Shown here: positions 6,846-15,852 of the stretch, piece by piece | Numbering within the stretch: position 1 is the first letter of the stretch | Layout of the letters: each line of letters starts with the position of its first letter | Source: Candidatus Delongbacteria bacterium | GTDB lineage: Bacteria; UBA4055 | Assembly: GCA_016937995.1 (NCBI GenBank) | Contig: JAFGVM010000057.1 | Coordinates: 61,526 to 81,525, forward strand | Direction of reading: 5' to 3' | DNA length: 20,000 nucleotides | The notes under the pieces: model-generated | Told to the model about the DNA's origin: nothing | The model's database searches: none | What the model saw: the letters and a program-made list of their open reading frames with translations, nothing else | Made by a program: the position numbers and the translations under genes

Positions 6846-8958
6846 TTTCGATCTAATATTAGTTATAACTGCGATAATTTTTGCACAATTCGAAGAAGTC
6901 GTTCTTCCCGAATTGAATGTAACTGTTGAGCAGGAAAGCATAGATATCAGGAAACTTGCGGCCAGCAGAAAGATAGTTATTAATCAGAAAGATTTTGAGA
7001 GTCTGGGGGATATTACTGCAGGTGATATTATTAAAAGGTATCCCGGTCTCTGGGTACAGGGACCGGGCGGTTCGAACAGGAACGTGATGCTTTGTGGACT
7101 CGATAAAGTATTTCAATCTATAATGATAGATGGAAACAGACCTTGCGGTGGTGAATCTGACAGAGAGTTCAAGCTGGACAGAATACCACTAGACATTATT
7201 GAGAAAATTGAAATAATAAATATCCCTACTGTAGATTATTGCTCTGATGCTGTTGCAGGTGTCGTAAATATTATAACGAAAAAAAATTCTTTAAGGAACT
7301 TTCTTACACTGGATATTGCTGCAATAACAAATTCGACAAACTACGATTATGCTAACGGAGAGTCATATCTTTCACTGCAGAAAAATAAATTTTTCTTGAG
7401 TGGAAGTTACAATAGAGAGACAAGGATTAATCTCGAAGAACTGAAAGATTCCTCAACAGGTATAACTGGTGAAGTGGAAGAAGATTGTGAAATTGATATA
7501 ATATCATTCAACTTAAATTACGATCTGTTTCTTAACAAGGATACCAAGATAGCACTCAAAGGACTATTTTCAAACTTTGATGAAATAAGAGATGTTGTTC
7601 AGGATGTTAAATTCAGAACTCAGGGTGGTTTGAACTACAGAGATATCATAACAGATCAGACAATACTGAGAAGAGTTAGTCAGTTAGGAGTTATTTTTAA
7701 CCATAGGTTTGATGATTACCACGATATCTCATCAGAAATTAGTGTAAGCAGAGCTGATGATGAGAAAGAAAAATATGTCACTGAGGATAAGATCGATAGT
7801 TTTGTTTACACGGATGAGAATGAAGATCAACTGAATCATGAATATATGTTCTCTACAGATTATAAAAATCTGAATTCTTCAATATTCTCTTATTCAAACA
7901 CGGTTAAAACAGGATTAAAATTTAACTATTTGACCAGAGATTATAACAGATTTGTTAAAACCACAGAAATAGTTGATCCTGATACTGTGTTAATAGATGA
8001 AGATGGTTCATTTGATTATTCTGAATTGCAGGCAGGATTGTATTTGAGAGATGAGATCTACATCGAGTCAATTATTTTTTCTCTTGGATTAAGATCGGAA
8101 TATGCATACTATGAATATAAAGTGATCGACTCGGTCCAAACAGGTAATAATGATTATTTCTACTTGAATCCATCTTTGCTCATCAATTATAAAGTTAAGG
8201 ACAATTATATTGTTAAAGCCGGTTTTTCTAAGCAGATAGCCAGACCCCCTTTTGCCTCGGTAGTTCCAATTGATAAGATCAAAACTAAAAAAAATATCAT
8301 TGAAAGAGGTAATCCGGACTTAAAACCAGCAAATGCTTTGGTTTATAACCTGGGTTTTGAATTCTACAGTAAAAAAGAGTTTTATTCTATTTTCGGTTAT
8401 TTCAAAGATGTAAAAGATATTATTGAGATAAAGGACGTGGGTATAGATACAGCTACTGGCTATAATATCCAGCAGTATGTCAATATTTCAAAAGCACTTG
8501 TATTCGGTGTGGACTTTGAGTTCAATACTGAGCTTGATAGAATCGGGATGAAGGGATTTTCATTCTCAGGAAATTATTCATGGTTGGGATCACAGGTAAA
8601 AGATGAGAATATAGATGTTATGCGGCGTTTGAACGAACAGCCTAAGCATATCGCAAATGCCAGCTTAAGTTATAGGATTGATCCGTGGGTGGCAACAGTA
8701 GGTGGGACCTTCAGTGATGAGAAAGTGATCTGGGGTACTATTGTTGACGGTGTAGTTATTGACAAAACAGTTACAGACAGTTATCTTCAGTTCGACGGAT
8801 CAGTAAAATATTTTATGAGTGAAAATACAATTATTTATATAAATGTAAGCAATATTTTCGGAGAAGATATTACTGTTACTCAGGGGAATGTTACCGGTGT
8901 TGAAGAAGTGGGTACAAAATTTACGCTTGGTTTTAAATATGGTATGAAAGGGTCATAG
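6835..8958 (+). CDS. TonB-dependent outer-membrane receptor
   Basis: Likely ATG at 6835. TonB-box-like ELNVTV, plug motifs (IMIDG; LDRIPLDIIEKIEII; DAVAGVVNIITKK), barrel motifs (RGNPDLKP; YINVSNIF). Confidence 0.92.
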   Translation: MRISFDLILVITAIIFAQFEEVVLPELNVTVEQESIDIRKLAASRKIVINQKDFESLGDITAGDIIKRYPGLWVQGPGGSNRNVMLCGLDKVFQSIMIDGNRPCGGESDREFKLDRIPLDIIEKIEIINIPTVDYCSDAVAGVVNIITKKNSLRNFLTLDIAAITNSTNYDYANGESYLSLQKNKFFLSGSYNRETRINLEELKDSSTGITGEVEEDCEIDIISFNLNYDLFLNKDTKIALKGLFSNFDEIRDVVQDVKFRTQGGLNYRDIITDQTILRRVSQLGVIFNHRFDDYHDISSEISVSRADDEKEKYVTEDKIDSFVYTDENEDQLNHEYMFSTDYKNLNSSIFSYSNTVKTGLKFNYLTRDYNRFVKTTEIVDPDTVLIDEDGSFDYSELQAGLYLRDEIYIESIIFSLGLRSEYAYYEYKVIDSVQTGNNDYFYLNPSLLINYKVKDNYIVKAGFSKQIARPPFASVVPIDKIKTKKNIIERGNPDLKPANALVYNLGFEFYSKKEFYSIFGYFKDVKDIIEIKDVGIDTATGYNIQQYVNISKALVFGVDFEFNTELDRIGMKGFSFSGNYSWLGSQVKDENIDVMRRLNEQPKHIANASLSYRIDPWVATVGGTFSDEKVIWGTIVDGVVIDKTVTDSYLQFDGSVKYFMSENTIIYINVSNIFGEDITVTQGNVTGVEEVGTKFTLGFKYGMKGS

Positions 8959-9696
8959 ATGAATTTTTATATTGCTATAGATGATACAGATAATATTGGT
9001 ACTGCAGGAACTGGAGAGATCCTTGAAAATTTAATAGTTGAGCTATCAGATAAGTTTGAGACTTCATTTTCCAGAGTTACAAGACATCAGCTTCTTGTTC
9101 ACAAAGATATAAAATATACTTCACATAACAGTTCAATGTGTTCATCAGCATTTGTTGATACCTCAATTATTCCTTTTATTATCGATCACTCGATAGAATT
9201 TCTAACAAAAAATTGTGCAGAAGGTTCTGATCCCGGACTATGCATTGTTGATATAGATAAAGTGAATGATAATGGAGTTGAAAAGATCAAAAAGTGGGGA
9301 TCGGACGCTAAAAGAAATGTTCTCTGTAAAAAGGATGCATATTTATTGGCTAAGGAAACCGGAATTCACTTGTCTGAGCATGGTGGGACCGGAGATGGTA
9401 TCATTGGTGCTTTAGCCGGGATAGGGCTGAGACTTTCAGGGAATGATGGTAGATTCAAAGGTAAATTTGATCTAGATGTTAAGAACGGTTTTATCAAAGT
9501 TAGAGACATCCTTCTATCTCCGTCAATTGATATTGTAACAACAGAATGTGGTTCAAAGTTATCTCCGGATGATGAAGTATTTATCACCGACAAATTAAAA
9601 ACTATACTGAAAGATCACAAGTCTGTCCTGATGATCAGGAAGAATAAAGAAGGTCACTGGGAAAATCTTTCAAGAAAAGAGCTGAAGGTATATTAA
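8959..9696 (+). CDS. TiaS N-terminal-like (DDTD motif) protein of unknown function
   Basis: IAIDDTD..GTG, RHQL, YTSHNSSMC, SDPGLC, HLSEHGGTGDGIIGALAGIGL resemble the N-terminal catalytic region of TiaS. The tRNA-binding OB/zinc-ribbon part is absent. Confidence 0.7.
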   Translation: MNFYIAIDDTDNIGTAGTGEILENLIVELSDKFETSFSRVTRHQLLVHKDIKYTSHNSSMCSSAFVDTSIIPFIIDHSIEFLTKNCAEGSDPGLCIVDIDKVNDNGVEKIKKWGSDAKRNVLCKKDAYLLAKETGIHLSEHGGTGDGIIGALAGIGLRLSGNDGRFKGKFDLDVKNGFIKVRDILLSPSIDIVTTECGSKLSPDDEVFITDKLKTILKDHKSVLMIRKNKEGHWENLSRKELKVY

Positions 9697-9893
9697 TGTG
9701 GGAAAAAGTAGACGGAAATAAAGTGTTCAGGTATTCAGTTGAAGATCATATAAAATTATCCTTAGCAGCGGAAGAGTGTCAAAATTTTTTAGTTGATGAT
9801 GAGGATGAGATAATTGATGATTCTGTTTCATGTCAGAACTGTGCTTACCGGAGATGGGGTGAGAATACTATTTATTGTATGAGGACTGAATGA
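9696..9893 (+). CDS. Small 4-Cys acidic putative metal-binding protein
   Basis: C-x2-F..DDEDE..SCxNCxYRRW..C pattern. Translationally coupled on both sides (TAATG overlap and ATGA overlap). Confidence 0.75.
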   Translation: MWEKVDGNKVFRYSVEDHIKLSLAAEECQNFLVDDEDEIIDDSVSCQNCAYRRWGENTIYCMRTE

Positions 9894-11602
9894 AGTCTGT
9901 AAAATTTCTGCTAAAATATTTATTGAAAACGAAAAAGTATATTGGACTCGGTATACTTTTTACTTTATTGATGAGTATTTTCGAGATATTTCCGGGGATG
10001 ATTTACAAAGTAATTGCTGATTCTCTATCAAATTTAAGTACGAATTCAAAATTTCTAAATATCAAGATACCGGTGAAAATACTTGATATGAAGTATGAAA
10101 CTTACAAGTTCAATATAAAAGACAGCGACCAGATATTTAATGTTTTCCTATTGATCTGTGCTTCTTTTTTAACGATCTATATTTTAAGTGGATTATTCAG
10201 ATACTTCAGAGATATTTATTTCAATTTTGCTGTTCAGAGGATACTCAAGGATATAAAAGATGTTATTTGCAGGAAGATACTTAATCTGCCTTTCCCTCAT
10301 TTCAATAAAAATAAGACCGGTGACCTGATGTCAAGGATCACGTATGATGTTACGATATTACATAACATAATTGATGTATTCATAGAGCTTTCTAGGTCAA
10401 TGATAGCTCTTTTGATATTTCTTCCGATACTTTTCTATATAGATTGGAAGATATCTTTCTTTGCAATACTTTTTTTTCCTGTATCTCTTTATCTGGTGAA
10501 ATATTTATCCAGAAAGATGAAAAAGCTGAGTAAAGGTATCTCTGATACAACTGCGGACTATACTGAATTTATCAAAGATAAGGTTGAGCGTATTCAGTCA
10601 ATTAAAATCGCAGGAGAAGAATCGAACGAACTAGATGATTTTAAATCTCTGACAAAGAGGAATTATGATCTTGCGGTTAGAAATATAAAGATAAAATTCT
10701 TCCTTAAACCTTCGAATGAAATAATCGGTATATTTGGTATCGTTATCATTGCAATTTATTTCTGCTATTTGTTGATAAATAAAGAAATGGGTGCCGGTAA
10801 TATTGTACTTTATCTATCGATCCTGAAATCAGCCTATAAACCGTTTAAAAAAGCAGCTGAATCATTTGGAGACTTACACTTCTCTTTAGCCGGAGCTGAT
10901 AAAATAACAACTCTTTTGGACAATGACGAAGAAAGCGCAGCGGATCTTGAACCAATATCGTCGATCGATTCCATAATCTGCAACAACGTTTGTTATAAAA
11001 TTGAGGATAAAGTAATACTTAAAGATATTTCTCTGAAGTTAATAAAAGGTTCAAAAGTAGGAGTGACAGGCATCTCAGGAAGCGGAAAGACCAGTTTTGT
11101 AAATCTTCTTCCACGGTTGAATATCCTTACTGATGGTGAGATATTATTCAATGAAAAATCTCTGAACGATTTGGATATTTCAAGTGTCAGAAGCAGGATA
11201 TCTTTTGTAAATAACGGCTTTACTCCGATCAACGGTTCTATCTTCGACAATCTTACTTACGGTATCCCTGAACCTGAAAAAGCAATGAAAGAATTTACTT
11301 CAAATTTCGATATGAAGACATTTTTAAATATAGCTGATTACGAACCTGAAATTGTGATCGGCAAGACCGGTATGAATTTATCAACAGGTCAGCTGCAGAA
11401 GATCGCGTTGATAAATGCAGTTCTCAGAAAACCTGAACTTTTTATCATCGATGAAGGATTTGATCTTTTGAGCAGTGACGATATCGAACAATTTTTATCA
11501 CTGGTCATGGAAGATTCAATTTTATTAGTAGTTTCAAGGCAGAAATTTATCCTTGATAGGATGGATAAGGTCTATAAAATGGTCGAAGGTACAATTCAAT
11601 AA
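9890..11602 (+). CDS. MsbA-like ABC exporter (fused TMD-NBD) with degenerate NBD motifs
   Basis: TM helices with KTGDLMSRITYD, Walker A GISGSGKT, signature LSTGQ, Walker B FIIDE. Q-loop, D-loop and H-switch are altered. Confidence 0.85.
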   Translation: MKSVKFLLKYLLKTKKYIGLGILFTLLMSIFEIFPGMIYKVIADSLSNLSTNSKFLNIKIPVKILDMKYETYKFNIKDSDQIFNVFLLICASFLTIYILSGLFRYFRDIYFNFAVQRILKDIKDVICRKILNLPFPHFNKNKTGDLMSRITYDVTILHNIIDVFIELSRSMIALLIFLPILFYIDWKISFFAILFFPVSLYLVKYLSRKMKKLSKGISDTTADYTEFIKDKVERIQSIKIAGEESNELDDFKSLTKRNYDLAVRNIKIKFFLKPSNEIIGIFGIVIIAIYFCYLLINKEMGAGNIVLYLSILKSAYKPFKKAAESFGDLHFSLAGADKITTLLDNDEESAADLEPISSIDSIICNNVCYKIEDKVILKDISLKLIKGSKVGVTGISGSGKTSFVNLLPRLNILTDGEILFNEKSLNDLDISSVRSRISFVNNGFTPINGSIFDNLTYGIPEPEKAMKEFTSNFDMKTFLNIADYEPEIVIGKTGMNLSTGQLQKIALINAVLRKPELFIIDEGFDLLSSDDIEQFLSLVMEDSILLVVSRQKFILDRMDKVYKMVEGTIQ

Positions 11603-11672
11603 TTAATAGCCAATATTCTAGTTGCTGTAGGAGATGCCCCTATAACTTCCATATGTGTATAATATTTTTCTT

Positions 11673-11701
11673 TTGTCTAAATCATTTTATTTTAGCATAT
11701 T
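11673..11701 (+). promoter_or_regulatory. Possible sigma70 promoter
   Basis: TTGTCT, 17 nt, CATATT, upstream of the AAGGAG RBS of 11734. Confidence 0.35.
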
Positions 11702-11733
11702 ATATCCTGTATTACAATTAAAAGGAGTAAACT

Positions 11734-12948
11734 ATGAAGCTAAAAATGATATTTATTTTGATAACAATGTTACTTATATCTTCCTGTGTAACAGTAAAGC
11801 ATGTTTCACCAATGGAAAGGGATAAGGATAAACTTGAAGAATCACCTGTTGAAGAAGTGAAGGTCGAAGAGCAGAATCTTACCACCGGAAACAAGATCAG
11901 TCAGTATTCTCATGATCATAATATAACGGAAGTGGAAGCTCAGGGGATCGGAGTTGACAGAGAATCTGCGATCAAAGATGCTCAGAGAAATGCAATTACA
12001 ACTGCAATCGGTACATACCTTGTATCAGAGCAGGAAATGCAGAATTATATGACCGTTAAAGATGATATCCTTTCAAAGAGTGAAGGTTTTGTGAAAGCTT
12101 ATGATGTTATCGATCAGATGAGAGAAGCTGACGGGAGCTGGACTGTGACTATAAAAGCAGCTGTCACAAAAGATATCGTGATGAGCGATCTTGAGTCGTT
12201 GGGAATCCTTTTAGCACAGCTTGACAATCCATCTCTGGTTGTTTTCTACGCTCCAAAAGGAGTAAATTACGACAAAAGATATACTGAGCAGGCAATAAAT
12301 AATATTAATCAGTATTTTACTATCAACAGATACGATGTTTACGATCTTGAGCAATTGAATAAAATGATCGAAGATGACATTGCATTAAAAGAGATCGGTC
12401 TTGATGAAAATGTTACAATGGCTGAACTTCTGTCAAAGAAATTGAAAGCTGATATCTATGTTACAGTAGCAATAATGCTTGAAGACCTTGGGAACGGTAA
12501 AAAGAAAGCTAAAGCCACAGCTAAAATATTCAATTCTTCCACAGCTAAGCTTCTAGGTGTTCAGAACGGTTACAGTGATGAGATATGGGGGAATAATACA
12601 GCTTACGATGCAAATATAGACCAGGCTATCAAGAAACTTATGCCGATGATAATGAATCAGGTTAAAGGTTACTGGGTAGAACAGCTTGATAAGGGAAAGC
12701 AGTATATTCTAATGTTCAGTGATCTTCCTCAGGGAAGAGAGTACAAAAAGGCTCTATTCGATATCTTAGATACAACTGCAAGAGAAGTGAAGAAAGTTTC
12801 TTACGAAGAATATGTTATCTGGATCAGAAAGAATATTGATGAATATATCGATTCTATCGGTGATGCAATTCAAAAGCAGATATATGATGGTAAGGAATTC
12901 GATTATGAGAATAGGGGTGAGCGGATAAATATTTATTTGACGAAATAA
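11734..12948 (+). CDS. Lipoprotein, FlgT-N/LPP20-like domain (paralog B)
   Basis: AAGGAG RBS, lipobox LISS-C. From SQYSHDHN onward it aligns end-to-end with 4441-5556. Confidence 0.7.
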   Translation: MKLKMIFILITMLLISSCVTVKHVSPMERDKDKLEESPVEEVKVEEQNLTTGNKISQYSHDHNITEVEAQGIGVDRESAIKDAQRNAITTAIGTYLVSEQEMQNYMTVKDDILSKSEGFVKAYDVIDQMREADGSWTVTIKAAVTKDIVMSDLESLGILLAQLDNPSLVVFYAPKGVNYDKRYTEQAINNINQYFTINRYDVYDLEQLNKMIEDDIALKEIGLDENVTMAELLSKKLKADIYVTVAIMLEDLGNGKKKAKATAKIFNSSTAKLLGVQNGYSDEIWGNNTAYDANIDQAIKKLMPMIMNQVKGYWVEQLDKGKQYILMFSDLPQGREYKKALFDILDTTAREVKKVSYEEYVIWIRKNIDEYIDSIGDAIQKQIYDGKEFDYENRGERINIYLTK

Positions 12949-12963
12949 ATATTTATCAATATC

Positions 12964-12994
12964 CAATATTCAACACGGAATATCCAAATACGAA
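12964..12994. repeat. Dispersed intergenic repeat, copy 2
   Basis: 27/31 identical to 224-254. Confidence 0.8.
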
Positions 12995-12999
12995 TACCC

Positions 13000-13030
13000 C
13001 TGGATTCCCGGATCTAGTCCGAGAATGACA
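13000..13030 (-). repeat. GTCATTC...GGAATCCA-type palindromic repeat
   Basis: Minus strand TGTCATTCTCGGA-CTAGA-TCCGGGAATCCAG, a GC-rich hairpin with the layout of a widespread short palindromic element. Confidence 0.55.
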
Positions 13031-13039
13031 GATGATGCG

Positions 13040-13072
13040 AAAAAAAAGAGACGTTGCAGTGCAACGTCTTTA
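13040..13072 (-). terminator. Intrinsic terminator of the helicase gene (REP-like, possibly bidirectional)
   Basis: Minus strand: stop TAA, then AGACGTTGCA-C-TGCAACGTCT-C and a T-run. The plus strand also has T-rich sequence after the stem. Confidence 0.75.
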
Positions 13073-15046
13073 CTTTTTTGCATATTTTTCTTTGATCTTA
13101 TCCATCATTTCCTGAATCTTGTTCTTTGCATTCTCAACATTTTTTTCACCTGCCTGAGAATGAGGGTAAAGAAAAAGTTCTTCAGGAATCTCTTTTAAAA
13201 ATCTTGACGGTTCAGATTTGACTTCCTGTCCGTACTGCATTCTTGATGCTGCCGACGTGATATACAATTTCCTCTTAGCTCTTGTTACACCAACATAACA
13301 TAGTCTTCTCTCTTCCTCCTCATTATTCTCTTCGAGAGATCTTTTATGAGGTAAAATACCTTCCTCGAACCCACAGATGAAAACGTTCTCGAACTCAAGT
13401 CCTTTTGAACTGTGAAGAGTCAGAACAAGAACCTGATTACCATGGTTCGTGTCATCTGATTCCTGAAGAAGAGAAACTTTCTCCAGAAATCCATTTATTG
13501 AAGGGTTCTTAACTTCTTTTTCATATCGCTTAACAGAGTTGATCAATTCCTCAACGTTAGCAACTCTTGAGATGGATGCTTTAGTCTTCTCTTTGTTCAG
13601 ATATTCAAAGTAATCAACATCGTATATGATCGATAGTAATGTGTCTGAGACTGAATGATCCTTGGAGTATTCTATATTCTTAACGATAATATCAAGAAAT
13701 TGAGAAATGTTAAAATGTTTTGTAGAAGCAATTGTATCGATCTTCTTGTAAGATCTTAATGCTGTATAGAAATTGATATTCTCCTGTTCAGCATAATTTG
13801 AGATCTTGAAAACAGTATCTTCTCCGATACCTCTTTTGGGAGTATTAATGATCCTGAGAGTGGAAACTTCATCTGACGGATTGGCAATAACAGCAAGATA
13901 TGCCAGAATATCCTTGATCTCTTTTCTGTCATAGAATTTATAATCTCCGACAATCTTGTAAGGAATATTATTCTCTCTGAAAACCTCCTCAATGTTCCTG
14001 CTGAGGTAGTTCGTTCTCATAAGTACAGCGTAATCGAAGAAATTCTTATTGTTATCATCTTTGATTCTCTCAGCTATAAGTTTAGACTCATGTATAGCAT
14101 CAGTACCCTGAAAATATTCAAGTGGAACATTCACCTGGTGATAAGCTTTAACATTTTTGATCTTTCTTTCCTTATTATTTCCGATAATACTGTCTGCAGC
14201 TTTTAGGATCGTTGAAGTACATCTGTAATTCACATCAAGTACAATGGTCTTACAACCTTTCCAATTTTTCTCAAAGTCCAGAATATTCCTGAAATCTGCA
14301 CCCCGGAATGCATAGATAGACTGATCATCATCACCTACTACGAATAAGTTACCGTGACTTCCGGCAAGATGGTTGATTATTGAATTCTGAATTGGATTTG
14401 TATCCTGAAACTCATCCACCATGATATATTTAAAAGTTCTCTGGTATTTTTCCCTCACTTCAGGGAACCGGGTAAGTAATTCAAGCATTACCAATAAAAG
14501 ATCATCAAAATCGAAGGCATTATTTACCTTAAGTATCCTCTTATATTCAGGAAGTATTCTCACTGCAAGTGTTGATATAGGATCGACTGTGGGTATAGTG
14601 GAGAAATTTGTATAAGTGTTTTTTATTCCGGATAATTTATAGTGTACCATCTTAGGATCGAACATATCAGTACTTATGTTCAAATTATGCATGGCTTTTT
14701 TTATCACAGAATGCTGAGCAGCAGAATCGTAGATGGTGAAATTTTTCTGATAACCCAGTATTTCAACATTTTCTCTGATTATTTTTACACCAAGTGCATG
14801 AAAAGTACTGCAGGTAATTTCATTAAAATCTTTTACAGAACCTTTCAATCTCTCTGTCATTTCCTCTGCTGCTTTATTTGTAAATGTCACTGCCAATATG
14901 TTTTTTGGATCGACCCTGTGTTTATTTACGAGGTTCTTTATTCTTCCGATGATAACTCGTGTTTTGCCACTACCGGCTCCTGCAAGCACTAAACATGGTC
15001 CATTCAGGTGATTAATAGCCATTTTCTGACTGTCGTTAAAATCCAT
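13070..15046 (-). CDS. SF1A ATP-dependent DNA helicase, UvrD/Rep/PcrA family (Rep-like)
   Basis: GPCLVLAGAGSGKTRVI, AVTFTNKAA, VDEFQDTN, VGDDDQSIY, NYR, TLHSSKGLEF, EERRLCYVGVTRA. Confidence 0.95.
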   Translation of the reverse strand: MDFNDSQKMAINHLNGPCLVLAGAGSGKTRVIIGRIKNLVNKHRVDPKNILAVTFTNKAAEEMTERLKGSVKDFNEITCSTFHALGVKIIRENVEILGYQKNFTIYDSAAQHSVIKKAMHNLNISTDMFDPKMVHYKLSGIKNTYTNFSTIPTVDPISTLAVRILPEYKRILKVNNAFDFDDLLLVMLELLTRFPEVREKYQRTFKYIMVDEFQDTNPIQNSIINHLAGSHGNLFVVGDDDQSIYAFRGADFRNILDFEKNWKGCKTIVLDVNYRCTSTILKAADSIIGNNKERKIKNVKAYHQVNVPLEYFQGTDAIHESKLIAERIKDDNNKNFFDYAVLMRTNYLSRNIEEVFRENNIPYKIVGDYKFYDRKEIKDILAYLAVIANPSDEVSTLRIINTPKRGIGEDTVFKISNYAEQENINFYTALRSYKKIDTIASTKHFNISQFLDIIVKNIEYSKDHSVSDTLLSIIYDVDYFEYLNKEKTKASISRVANVEELINSVKRYEKEVKNPSINGFLEKVSLLQESDDTNHGNQVLVLTLHSSKGLEFENVFICGFEEGILPHKRSLEENNEEEERRLCYVGVTRAKRKLYITSAASRMQYGQEVKSEPSRFLKEIPEELFLYPHSQAGEKNVENAKNKIQEMMDKIKEKYAKK

Positions 15047-15185
15047 TCAGCATCCTTTTCTGTTGAGAGATTAAATTTAAGTTATAAGGATAATATCAAC
15101 AAATAAAAACTTATAAATAATTTCAATATTGAGAATGTAGATATTTTAGCAGAATTCAGTTCTTAAATTTTTCTTTATTTTTTTG

Positions 15186-15215
15186 TTGACATTGATTAGG
15201 TAAGTAAGATATATT
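15186..15215 (+). promoter_or_regulatory. Sigma70-type promoter
   Basis: TTGACA (15186-15191), 18 nt, TATATT (15210-15215). Confidence 0.55.
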
Positions 15216-15310
15216 CGTCAAAATATAATGGGCGTAAAAAAATTGTTGTTCATTTATTAAAATGACCGGGTGAGAACCGGAAAAATGGTAAACTTATTAG
15301 AGGATACAAA

Positions 15311-15847
15311 ATGGTTGATTTTTATATCGATGAAATTATTCGGGTTATGCATGAGAAAGCTGAGGATATGACGTATTATCTGCACAAAGAAACAGGTGAC
15401 ATTATATATATAGATGAAAACATCGCATCAGGGGTTGAAAAGGAGTATGATCAAACAACAACAGTCATTGAAGAATGGAGTTCAGATGTTGAGGATGATG
15501 ATATGTACCACGAAAAAATTTACTCACCTACTGATGAACTTGATGAGAAGGAATTAATCAAGAGAGTAAGATTTACCAAGCAGGACGATTATGAACCTAT
15601 TCCTACGGTTACAACAAGCGAAATGAAAAAGATCGTGGAAGAATATCTTGAGACTCAAACTGATTATGATGAAGATCTGAAAATGGCGATAATGACATCT
15701 ATAAAAAATATTCCATCTTTTGAAGAAATAGAAGAAACGTTACTAAAACATATTTCAGACAAAGAAAAGTGGAACAATTTTTATCAGGAAACCATTAAGA
15801 ACAGAGTTGTGAGCTGGTTGAAAGGATTAGGTTTCGAAGTTATGTAA
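15311..15847 (+). CDS. UPF0158-like acidic protein
   Basis: GAGG RBS. YYLHKETGDII, YEPIP..., and C-terminal EKWNNFYQE...VVSWLKGLG fit the UPF0158 pattern. Confidence 0.65.
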   Translation: MVDFYIDEIIRVMHEKAEDMTYYLHKETGDIIYIDENIASGVEKEYDQTTTVIEEWSSDVEDDDMYHEKIYSPTDELDEKELIKRVRFTKQDDYEPIPTVTTSEMKKIVEEYLETQTDYDEDLKMAIMTSIKNIPSFEEIEETLLKHISDKEKWNNFYQETIKNRVVSWLKGLGFEVM

Positions 15848-15852
15848 TAATT

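Noticed and set aside
224-12994. CRISPR array from the 31-nt repeat
   Set aside because: Only two copies, 12.7 kb apart, with no spacers or cas genes.
15266-15281. Small CCGG...CCGG hairpin in the UPF0158 leader
   Set aside because: A 4-bp stem with no further motif is expected by chance.
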